DNA of 64,000 nt, taken from contig OX597821.1 of assembly GCA_951406725.2 (NCBI GenBank), forward strand, positions 44,020,001-44,084,000. Direction: 5' to 3'. Under the pieces are notes generated by a model. It was not told the DNA's origin. It did not search any database and saw only the letters and a list, made by a program, of their open reading frames with translations. Position numbers and translations under genes: made by a program. Of this stretch, positions 11,951 through 23,049 are shown piece by piece; the stretch's first letter is position 1; every line of letters starts with the position of its first letter. The DNA is from Octopus vulgaris. Taxonomy: Eukaryota.

Positions 11951-14900
11951 GTTAAAAAATAGGCAGAATCTATGCCAGTAATATTGGTATGCCCATCAAA
12001 CTGTGATGTTTAAGCTGCATGTAGATTGGTCAAAACTGTATTCCAAAAATTCAGCTTGTTGGAGCCTTCCAAGAAGTATAAAATGAAGAAGTCAGTCATT
12101 TTACTACAGTTGTCAAGAACTCAACTGTCAGTTAAATACATTTTGAAATCGAATTTTACAATGAAAATATGAAAGTGCTAATTGAATTTAAGTACATTAC
12201 AAAATACTTTTTTTAATGTTTAACACACTTCAATACTGTAAAAGTTTTTTTTTTAATACAATAATAAAAAACGTGAAAACCTGACCATGTCTTAACTTTA
12301 TTCAACTGATCGATATATATTTATATGTATGTATGTATGTATATGAGCTTCAGTTTTTGTTGACCAAGTTCACTTGCAAGGTTTTGGTCAGCCCAGGGCT
12401 AAAGTAGAAGATACTTCCCCAAGGTGTTGTATACACACACACTACTTGATCAAGCAAACACACACACTACTTGATCAAGCAAATCAATAATCAGTCATTG
12501 TAATTATCTTGTCCTTATTTTCTCTGCCACAGTTTATCTAGGATTACATAATACGTAACCTGTCTTATTTAAGATATCAAAATATGATTTGATGGGTGGA
12601 GTGAGAAAAACGATCTGATGGTCATGGGAAAATATCCTTGATTACATGCTTGCTCAGTCAAGACTGACCAAGGGTTAAACAACAAAAGCTTACACTAAAT
12701 GCAACACGAAATGAGCTTTGATGTGGTAGATAATCCTGGTAGAAAGAGAAGCCAAATCTCTCTTAAATCATAATTTATATTAGAAAAGAAGACCATATTA
12801 AATTTTATGGTTATGGCTTCACTTCGCATTGAAAAAAGAAGGAAGTTATCACAGCCAGGAACTCCAGGAGAAATTTTTCAAGGCTGAATGTGGGTTGCTA
12901 TTGAGTTCCACATGAGGAAGCAGGACTTCATTCCCCTCTCAGAGAATCACGGTGTCCTTCCATAGGTCATCAGGCTCCAGATTGCTGTAATTATTGAAAC
13001 CTGCTCTTATAAGCCCTGGTCATTGCCTCGACCACGGTCGAACAATGATGATGATAGATGTCATGTCATTGAAAGTAAGCTCCTCAGCCAGGGTTGGCTA
13101 CAGCTGGTACTAAATAATTTCTTATACTGTCCAGTCTTCTGTCTGATGTTTCTCTCAACAACAATATCTAGTTAAACTTAATGGTTATCCATTCCAGATT
13201 AAAACCCTGACATAACACACCTTTTTTTACAGTTTCCCCAGAAAACTGAAAGCAAATTCAGAAAACTGAATGCAAATTCAATTCATAGTTTCCGCTGTGA
13301 CTAGGAAATCTCTGACATGACATCTCATTATTTCAGTGATGATTCATTTGAAAAGAGAAACACTATATGAAATTGGTCAACAAGCTTCAAGTAGTATACC
13401 TAACCACATATACACCACTTACTGAATCAATGTAAATCATAGTCTGATGATGGCAAGCAAGGCAAAACTTTGAAGTTACAGTCATCTTTCTCCTTGCTTA
13501 TATGTGTTGGGTTGGAATTGATTCTGAAGTAGGAAGTTATGATTGGATGCACTTCTTGATACCGACTCTCACCTGCTTTTCAGGTATGGGAGTTTTATGT
13601 TCCACAGGTCTTTGGGAAAGCAGAAAGACCAGTCATAATGCTAACATTGGCACTGCTTCACTCAAATAGAGACAAACAAAATGTTAACATTCAAGCACAG
13701 TCATGCATGCACGCACACACACACAGACAAAGATACATACACACATATAAATATATGTGCATATATATGTATGTATGTGTGCATAGACACACATACACAC
13801 ACACATAAGAGCCTAATACAGTTTCTTTCTATCAAGCTGTCTAACATGGCATAGGTCAACCTGGGACTAGAGTAGAACCACTTGCACAAAGTGCTATGTG
13901 GTGGCAAATGCATTATGAGGTCTATTCATAATAAATGCCCTGTGAAGCTCTCTCTTCCTTGTTTCACACAGTCTATATTAAATTATGAGTTATGCACAGT
14001 ATTGAAGAAGGTTCACCAATCATTTATTTTGTTTATTTACATTTCTTGTTCCTGAGAGATTCTGCTGTTATCAGTGATTTTAGCATAACCAAAATTATGC
14101 AGACATTTTGCGACAAATTCTAGCGAAAGAGATGATTAAATGTCCCAGAGGCATTTTACCTCAAAGTCTTTGTAATGATACTTTAACAATAATACAACTA
14201 TCTTTAAGCCATCACCATCTGTTTGACTGGCATTTTTGAAGAGTTTTTTGCGTCTTTAAAATGTTTAATCAAATGTGAATAATTAATTGGAAAGAAGCAA
14301 AATGACTTGAATTGGATATGAGGAGATTTCTGCATTCCACACAAAATCCTTCTTTAAAGAGAGAGAAAGTTCTGTTGAGTCCTTAACAGTATAAGGAATA
14401 GGATGAAGTAAACAGTGTTAGGAAGTGAGAGAAGTTGGTATTTGTTTAGAAATGGCTGCATGGAAGGAAAGTTGTTGGAGACGAAGGATTCATGAGAGAG
14501 ATAAAGGGGAACAAAATAATTTCCATGAAGGTACGATGGAGAAAGAGAGAGAGAGAGAGTGAGAGAGAGAGAGAGAGAAAGAGAGAATAAGCATTTAGCA
14601 GATGCGTTTGATTAAAATCAGTGAGTTGCGAGGAATGCCGTTTGTTCTTATAAAAACACATTGCCCTTATGGCATTGTCCCCACATTACAGTGACAATGG
14701 TCCTACATTATAGCTATAACACTTCACCACATTAATGATGTGACACTGTCCTCAATATAATGATATAATTGCGCAACCTTCATTTTCATACTGAAATCAA
14801 TATTATCTTCTAAAATATAATAATGTCTATTTATATATGAAAAATAGAGATAAAAATTCTCATTTAAAATTGCAATTATATATATGGCAGAAAAATAGAC

Positions 14901-15355
14901 TGATTGATTGAGCAATCGATCACTAGATAGACAGAGACAGACAGACAGACAAATAGATGAATAGTGAGAGAGGGAGAGAGAGAGAGAAAGAGAAAGAAAG
15001 AGTTTAGCTACTGCGACAACAACTATTTTACATCATCCAGTTTTTGTCAGATTAACTAAAACTCGATAAAACTATGTATGAATTTGTGTAAAAAAAAAAT
15101 CATCAAAAATGTTGTTTTTTTTCAATAATTTCCGCTATCCATATAATTCTAACTCTAAACTCTACACATTAATCCTAATCTCACACCTAAAACCCTATAC
15201 CTAAACCAGATTTTATTCCGTGCGGCAGGATTGTAATCTACAACGTTTGACATCTAACAAATAAGAAAAAATTTCTTCGAATAGAACATCAAAAGTGGAA
15301 AAGTTAAGTTAGGACCAGAGTTGCACTTGGAAACGGAGAATAGGATGACAATAAA

Positions 15356-16410
15356 TACACGGAGAAATTAAAAATTATCGCCAAAACTTTCTACATGTAG
15401 GCCGCACTGTCTTCTACTCACGCGTGTTAGATGGTACTCTTGTGATTACGAAACCGAGGTTTGAATTTAATCACTCCACTTTTCTTTCTTGTGTTACAGA
15501 GTAAACATGGCCACTTCGCTGGCAGTGTGCACCAAGGAAGAACAGGGACTGAAATTCATCACTGGTTTTCAGTATAATACGGAGATAGCGCTCCGCCGCG
15601 TAGAAGGGTGTATGAAGGAATCGAGAAATTTTTAAATGGTTGTCCAAGCGCGAAACACGAAGAGGGAGCTATATGTACATCACCCTCCACCACTGACGTG
15701 AAGATTCAACAAACTCGAGAGATGGTTCTGGCGAACCTATGAGTGGCCATCGACGAGGTGGCATGTTACCTGCAAATTAGTCATGGTTCTGCATGCGAAA
15801 TCGTCCCTGGTAAGCTTTGCTTCCGTAAACTCTGTGCGAGATGGGTGCCAAGAGATCTTACCGAAGCTCAAAAGCGCAGTCATGTGGAGATCTATCGATG
15901 GTTACTCGACTGCTACAACAATAAAGGTGAAGCTTTTTCGAGAGTATAGTCTCAAAAGGCAGAATATGGAGCGGAAACACTTGGAATCACCAGCCAAAGA
16001 GAAATTCAAGACACAACCTTCTCTATATAAAATGATGACAATCGTTTCGAGGGCACAAAAGGGTCTATAGTGGAACATTATCTGCAAAATGGGTCTACAA
16101 TCACCAGTGTAGGCTACAGTGAAATGCTGGCCAACAAATTGAAACCAGCAATTCGCACCAAACGCCAAAGCCTATTGTCAAACCAAGCGTTAATGTTGCA
16201 CGACAAGACAGGCCCACATATGGTCGTCCACACTGTTGAAACTTATTGAAAAATTAGATTTCAAGGGGTTGAAAGTTGCAGGGAGGCCCTACATACAGTC
16301 CAGAGTGCACCCCTTCCAATTATCACGTTTTTGGAGCACTCAAACACCCTTTTACTAAGTCGTCAGTTTGTTACTGACGAAGAAGAACAGGAAGCAGTGC
16401 ATAAATGGTT
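15356..16410 (+). mobile_element. mariner (DD34D-type) transposase relic
   Basis: ATG at 15507 (MATSLAVCTKEEQ), LCARWVPRDLT (WVPHEL-like), LHDKTGPH (HDNARPH-like) and YSPECTPSNYHVF (YSPDLAPSD-like); same family as 48578-49325. Confidence 0.9.
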
Positions 16411-17700
16411 ACAACAAAAACAAGAACAAAAGCCACCACAAAAAGGAAAAAGTGAAAAGAAAAAAGAGCCTTTACTACCCACACCACCACCAACACAGAA
16501 GATAAAAAACAAAGAGAGTACGGATACAAGAAACACACGAACCAAACCCACCAACACCAACAGTTGAGAAGACGACAGCACCTGGAAAAACATCAACAAC
16601 AACAACAGCAAGAACTAAAGAAACAGATAAAACCAAAAGAAAATACAAGACCTGATTCCCCTTCCCCTACATCACATACACCACACACAAAAACAATCAA
16701 CAACCTACATCAACGAAAACAACAACACGACCACTTACACAAATATACATAGACGCTTACAATATGCCCTTACCCCCTTCCGATTCCTCAGAAATTTCGT
16801 CGGAAGACGAAAGCAGCGAGGAATGGCAAATAACCAGAAAAGGAAGGCGGAAGGGGAGCAAGAAAGGAACAAAAGCAAACGCAAACAAAACGGAGATGCG
16901 CATCTCCCGAAGACATTTCGAACCCTAGCACAAACAACACCAACACCAAAACCAACACCACAAAAACATATGCAGCAACGATGCTCACAGCCATCAACAC
17001 GAAAACTACTGAGTAGATGGAATACATCAACGCAAAAACAAAATTAATATATTGTAAAGTATAGAAGCCATCTTATCATGGCTAACCACATTGGGGAGGG
17101 GGTGTTACTGTAGCTTTATAGCCCCAAGAGATCGTCGTCTCTAGCTGGCTTTAGACACAATATCAGTGCCCTTGGAGTATTTGCAAAGGGAGGCCATCCC
17201 TTCCTCGCAAGCCTGTTTTTCGACATCAGTGGCAGATGCCACTAGAAAAACTTGTATATTTGCAAAGCAGCCTTCACTTTCATCGCGACCTGGTGGTTAC
17301 CGCCCGTTGACGAGGGACAAAAATCCCGAAACTAGTTCGAGCGTATCACTCAGGCTTGCGAGGAAGGGATGGCCTCACTTTGCAAATACTCCAAGGGCAC
17401 TGATATTGTGTCTAAAGCCAGCTAGAGACGACGATCTCTTGAGGCTATAAAGCTACAGTAACACCCCCTCCCCAATGTGGTTAGCCATGATAAGATGGCT
17501 TCTATACTTTACATTATCGAGCGATTACTGTTTCAATCTCATCCTGAGATTTAATTATGCCCAAAATTAATATAGGAAGACATAAAAACAAGCAACCACC
17601 CATACACAACACCACCAGAACACATTAAAATATTACACATCCCACCAATCCTGCACTATACACTAAAATCCCTCTACCCTGATGTAGTAAGGAGATGTCA
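16411..17700 (+). mobile_element. A/C-skewed segment, possible LINE 5' region/ORF1 relic, interrupted by a MITE
   Basis: Strong A+C strand bias; a short ORF from about 16764 reads MPLPPSDSSEISSEDESSEEWQITRKGRRKG, with a W-x-x-x-basic motif seen in some LINE ORF1s. Confidence 0.3.
17053..17513. mobile_element. Non-autonomous DNA transposon with 163-bp TIRs (Ginger-like)
   Basis: 17053-17215 is the reverse complement of 17351-17513 (2 mismatches); termini TGTAA...TTACA; flanks ATAT/TTAT, consistent with an imperfect 4-bp TSD. Confidence 0.85.
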
Positions 17701-18295
17701 AAAATACTCGTCCAAAAGAACTCTACAACAACGTCCTTGAAATAAAATCAAAGGAGACAAAAATTTTCGAACGGTAAATTTCTGTTCCTTTTGTTTGTGT
17801 CTTAAAACACACAACTCATTAGGACTATGATCAAGATTGGTTGTGTGAATGCGTGTGGCTTGGAGTCCCCTTGGAAACAAGGGTACCTCTTAAAAGACAT
17901 AAAGTCACATGAGTTAGAAAGTGCTTTATTTCCCCGAACAGTTATGTACTATTGAGTAAGAATCATCATAAATCTGTATAAATAATTTATTTCGAGGGTA
18001 ATGTATAACAGACATACACGTTTCTTTGTATACGTTTAGAATGTATACAAAAGCATAAATTTCGCTTTAATAGTGTTCAACAGCTGTTTCGTTATGATAT
18101 ACATCATTAATTATCTAATTATGTAAATGCAATACATAATTAAATTAAATTAATCTGAAAGCTGTTTACTAGAATTATCTGGCGTATTAAGTGTTGTCCA
18201 GCAACCGATACTTCTAAAAATATTACTTGTTTGCCAATAAATCATTGTAAACAGGATAAAAAAAATTATCATTTCAGCCGTGACACTTCTGTCAT

Positions 18296-18326
18296 TAGTG
18301 TGTGCGTGTGTGCGTGTGTTTGTGTG

Positions 18327-18379
<53 letters not shown>

Positions 18380-18437
18380 GTGCGTGTGTGTGTGTGTGTG
18401 TGCGTGTTTGTGTGTGTGTGTGTTTGTGTGTGTTTGT

Positions 18438-18478
<41 letters not shown>

Positions 18479-18500
18479 TATGTGTGTGTGTGTGTTTGTT
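18296..18500. repeat. (TG)n microsatellite
   Basis: About 200 bp of imperfect TG repeat. Confidence 0.95.
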
Positions 18501-18795
18501 GACGTCGTTATTGAATTACTTTATTTCATGAAAGACTCAAAATTACTTTTCTGTATTGATACAATAATCAACAACAATATTTTGGTTTTCAAGGTTTCAA
18601 GAATTAGAAACGAACTGAAAGTTATTTTATGTAAAAAGGCCGTGTGCATAAGAATACGTTTTTCGAAACATTAGCTCTACGGTGTACTATTAGCACTAAA
18701 ATTGCAGTATACAGTAACAAATAGAATTTGAATTTAAATAGAATTATGAGGATTATGTAGTTACTTTGGAGGCTTTTACTAAACTTTGAATGTTA

Positions 18796-19042
18796 CATCA
18801 TCATCATCGTTTAACGTCCGTTCTCCATGCTAGCATGGGTTGGACGGTTCGACCGGGGATCTGGGAAGCCAGAAGGCTGCACCAGGCTCCAGTCTTATCT
18901 GGCAATGTTTCTACAGCTGGATGCCCTTCCTAACGCCAACCACTCCGTGAGTGTAGTGGGTGCTTTTTACGTGCCACCTGCACAGGTGCCAGGCGAGGCT
19001 AGCAACGGCCACGGTCGGATTGGTGTATTTTATGTGCCACCG
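18796..19042 (-). mobile_element. RTE LINE 3' tail fragment
   Basis: Reverse complement of about 9770-10010, including the (TGA)n tail and one 60-bp sub-repeat. Confidence 0.88.
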
Positions 19043-19142
19043 AATCATTACTATCACGCGCGCGCTCGCACACACACATGCATGTATATATGCATACACA
19101 CACACACACACACAAACACACGTATATGTGTGTGTGCGTGTA

Positions 19143-19547
19143 GGCGCAGGTGTGGCTGTGTGGTAAGAAACTTACTTCCCAATCACATGGTTCCGCGTTC
19201 AGTCCCATTGTGTGGCACCTTGGGCAAGTGTCGTCTTCTATAGCCTCGGGCCGACCAAACCCTTGTGTGTGGATTTGGTAGACGGAAACCGAAAGAAACC
19301 TGTCATATAGATATATGTATAGACTTGACTTATGCGAGTGTCTTTGTATTTGTCCCCCCACCACCATCGCTTGACAGTCGATGTTGGTGTATTTACATCC
19401 CCCTAACTTAGCGGTTCGGCAAAAAAGCCGATATAATAAGTACAGGCTTACAAAGACTAAGTCCATGGATCGGTTTCTTCGACTAAAAGGCTGTGCTCCA
19501 GCATGGCCCCAGTCAAATGACTGAAATAAGTAAAAGAATGAAAGAAT
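19143..19547 (+). mobile_element. SINE family A
   Basis: Colinear with 3508-3914, more diverged. Confidence 0.9.
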
Positions 19548-19554
19548 ATGTATA

Positions 19555-20273
19555 CAGTAATCCCTCGACTGTCGCGGTTGTTATGTTCCAAAACACTCCG
19601 TCCGCGTAGTCGAAACAGTAATGTGCTGCATATTTTTTTGATTATTTTTATAATTTGTATATATCTATATATATAAAACTGTAGTTGTGTGAGTGTCTGT
19701 CCCCTTCGATTTAGATTCCTAACTGCTCCCACATTTTGCGGTGCAGTTTAACCAAATTCGGGTATCTTATAGTCGTGATTCATATCGAGCCCGTCTGAGT
19801 ATTAGCGCGCGTCTACGATGAGTCTACGATTTTAAAAATAATTTAACATCATTTTTTATTCCATTTTAATGCATAATTTTTCGTGTGTCGATGGCGGCGG
19901 AGTTGGCGTCCATGGTCACACCTGCACCTGTTTGCTTCTCCCCCTTCTTCCCTCCCTCGTGAAGCTGTGGGGAAGGGAGTGTAAGGAAATCAACGTCATA
20001 AAGCGTTGTCAAGGAGACCAGCGTTCTTTTAGAACAACGACTTCATGGCTTGAAGACACCAAAACAGAAATGGCTAAGAAAGCCCGAATTGGCATCTATA
20101 AGGGAAGTAACTCTCTAAAAATGCTTATATAGTTATTTCCCTTACAAACCCGAGCAACGCCGGGCGATACTGCTAGTTTATTTTATAAATACAAAACAAC
20201 ATCACGGAGGAATCGACGTAAGCTTTAATAATAAACTGCGATAGGTGAACCGCGATATGGCGAGGGATTACTG
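19555..20273. mobile_element. pogo/Tigger-like MITE
   Basis: TIRs CAGTAATCCCTCG / CGAGGGATTACTG flanked by a TA duplication. Confidence 0.85.
19664..20176 (+). mobile_element. Non-autonomous Helitron nested in the MITE
   Basis: 5' TCTATATATATAAAA; 3' hairpin CCCGAGCAACGCCGGG followed by CTAG; inserted between A and T with no TSD. Confidence 0.85.
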
Positions 20274-20379
20274 TATACGCGTGTATGCATGTATACATAT
20301 ATATATATATATATATATACATACATATGTGTGTGTGCGTATTATATACACACGGGTTTGTATGATTGTGTATAGAATA

Positions 20380-20727
20380 TATTGCTCAAAGAAATACCAA
20401 CTTTGTCTGATTTTCACATTATATTTACAATCTTATAATAATATCATATAATATAATGAAATGATAGAATATTGAATGTTCAGTCTGATTGAACTAGTAC
20501 TTTCTTGGATTAAACTATGCAATCTTCAGGTTCATATAATGGTGATGACAGTTGTAAATTGTAAAACATAACTGTCACCTGAAGATTGCATAGTTTAATG
20601 CATGAAAGTACTAGTTCGATCTGAATGGACATTTAATACTCTATCATTTCATTATATTATATTATATTATATTATATTATTATAAGATTGTAAATATAAT
20701 GTGAAAATCAAAGTTGGAATTTCGTTG

Positions 20728-20734
<7 letters not shown>
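20380..20734. repeat. About 355-bp imperfect palindrome, probable inverted Penelope-like termini
   Basis: 20380-20530 pairs with 20578-20734; each arm has CTGAAGA...GAAAGTACTA. Confidence 0.8.
20490..20534 (-). ncRNA. Minimal type I hammerhead ribozyme-like motif
   Basis: The minus strand reads TGAAC-CTGAAGA-TTGCATAGTTTAATCCAA-GAAA-GTAC-TA-GTTCA: 5-bp stem I, intact CUGANGA/GAAA core, stem II with one mismatch, palindromic stem III. Confidence 0.55.
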
Positions 20735-20759
<25 letters not shown>

Positions 20760-21743
20760 GCTCCTCACTGCAGTTGTTGTTTAGCACCAGGCCAAACCTC
20801 GTTCAGCAGACCTATGATGAAAAGCACTCAAGTCGTGTCTATCCCGTCTGTTTTACTGACACAGCGCTCCCAGAAGCATATTGTAGAGTATGTCATATTT
20901 ATGTTGGTAGGATGTGATTTGATGAAAACTTGACTGATATTTCGGGCAAATCATGTCGCTACGTAGAGGTTGTGCAGTTTTAAATGTAGCTGTAATGATG
21001 AAGAATATAATCAAGCTAACACTGCAATCTCGTTTATTATAGTGATCACTGTAATAAACCGATCAGGTGGATTGTACAAGTAATTCAAATGTACAACCTT
21101 GATAAATCACATTACGTGTACACGTGTGTGTGGAATACGCAACCACTTACACGTTAATTCAATTGGTTGACTAACCGAATCCTCATCGTAGAACGACGGA
21201 GATCCACCACTATATTACCTCCTCATGTTTATTTTATCGACTCCATAACGATAAAAGCGATATCATACATTGTGGAATTTGGAAGTAATTTCATATCATT
21301 AGGCGCTTTAAGTCCGATGATCGCCTGACTCACCGAACTTCTAACCTTCTTTTCTTTTAATAAATATAATATTGATTTCAGTTTGCCGGTGTGGTATCGA
21401 TAATATTTTATTGAAGTGAACTGACTTTCACCAAACACTAAAAATAATTTCAATAGTGTATGCAGGTGTAAGTTATGCTAATGGTGATTTAAAGGAAATA
21501 ACTTCTCAAATCAGACAGATAGGTCTTTGAAATTCTAATGAGACGTTACTTTTCGTGATGAAACTACTTTCGTGATGGAAATTCTTCAGATTGGGGTCAG
21601 TTATCATGTTGACCGGGAAATAATGCAGACAATGTTGTTTTTTTCTTTCTTTTTTTCTCATTTGTCACTCTTTGAGACACGCACTCACGTCACATTGTTA
21701 TTCTAAAAACGTAAAGTGCTCTCTTTCTCTCTCTCTCTCTCTA

Positions 21744-21805
<62 letters not shown>

Positions 21806-21807
<2 letters not shown>

Positions 21808-22200
21808 GGTGTTCGGGCAAAATTTAACGACTTCTTTTTATATCTCTTGTGGACACACATTGTCACACATCAGGAAGGGGTCGGAAGTAGTAGTCGGAGA
21901 ATGTCTATGATTTCACCAGCCCCAATTTCTGGCCTTCAAATTCCCCTGATTGTAGTCCCATGGATTATTGTGTGGAAGGCGCGGTTGAGAAAGACACCAA
22001 CTGCTATGCCTGCAACACCATTGCCGAGTTGGTGATCAAGATCTTGCCAAGGACAATAGTGAAAAGTCCATGCGTTAGGTTTCGATTTGAGGCCGTGTTG
22101 GAAACTGAAGATGGCTGCTTTGAGTAAACTTATCTCCCAGCCATAATCTGGTTGACATCTTTTGATTTTTGAAAAAAAAAAATGTTTCTAGAATAAACAG
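21806..22200 (+). mobile_element. Tc1/maT-like transposase C-terminal relic
   Basis: FWPSNSPDCSPMDY motif, related to 57587-58424. Confidence 0.65.
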
Positions 22201-22216
22201 CCTGTCTTGTGTAAGC

Positions 22217-22269
<53 letters not shown>

Positions 22270-22329
22270 TTATATATCTATAATATATATATTTATATAT
22301 GTATAATATGTGTGTGTGTTTGTGTGTGT

Positions 22330-22600
22330 GGAGGCGCAATGGCCCAGTGGATAGGGCAGTGGACTCGCGGTCGTAGGCCCGTGGTTTCGATTCCAAGACC
22401 GGGCGTTTGAGTGTTTATTGAGCGAAAGCACCCAAAGTTCCATGAGGCTCCGGCAGAGGGTGGGTGCGAACCCTGTTTCTGTTGTACCTGTATTTCAAAG
22501 GGCCAGCCTTGTCACACTCTGTGTCACGCTGAATCTCTCCGAGAACTATGTTAAGGGTACACGTGTCTGTGGAGTGCACGTATATACATTGTTAACTGAC
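22330..22600 (+). mobile_element. tRNA-derived SINE (family C)
   Basis: GGAGGCGCAATGGCCCAGTGGATAGGGC...GGTTTCGATTCC head with A/B boxes, then a non-tRNA body. Confidence 0.7.
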
Positions 22601-23049
22601 CATTGATTGTCTAACGTATATATACATTCTTAGCTGACCATTGATTACACACACACGCTCTTACATTAAGAAACAATGCGTGTCTGGATTGTGTGGTAGA
22701 GACAAAATGAGAAAGACAAAGAAGGGGAAGTTGAGAAAATGCGTGACAGAGATCGGGAGACACTACTTATACAAACACACAAATACACTCATACACACAT
22801 AGACTCAGACACATACACACATAGACTCAGACACATACACACACATTTGTAACAAATGTTTTTTGTGGTCATATGTTTTCAACAATAGTGAGGTATGCAG
22901 TGTATTTAAAATCTAATGAAGAATCTATTTTGCTTTATAATTGAAATTATAAATGCTCATACACAGTGACGCAGATGAAGTGCGAGCCACCCGGGGTGCC
23001 CCTTGAGTTTGCCGTCCCCAGGGTCCTCAAGCGCATTACAGACTAATAC

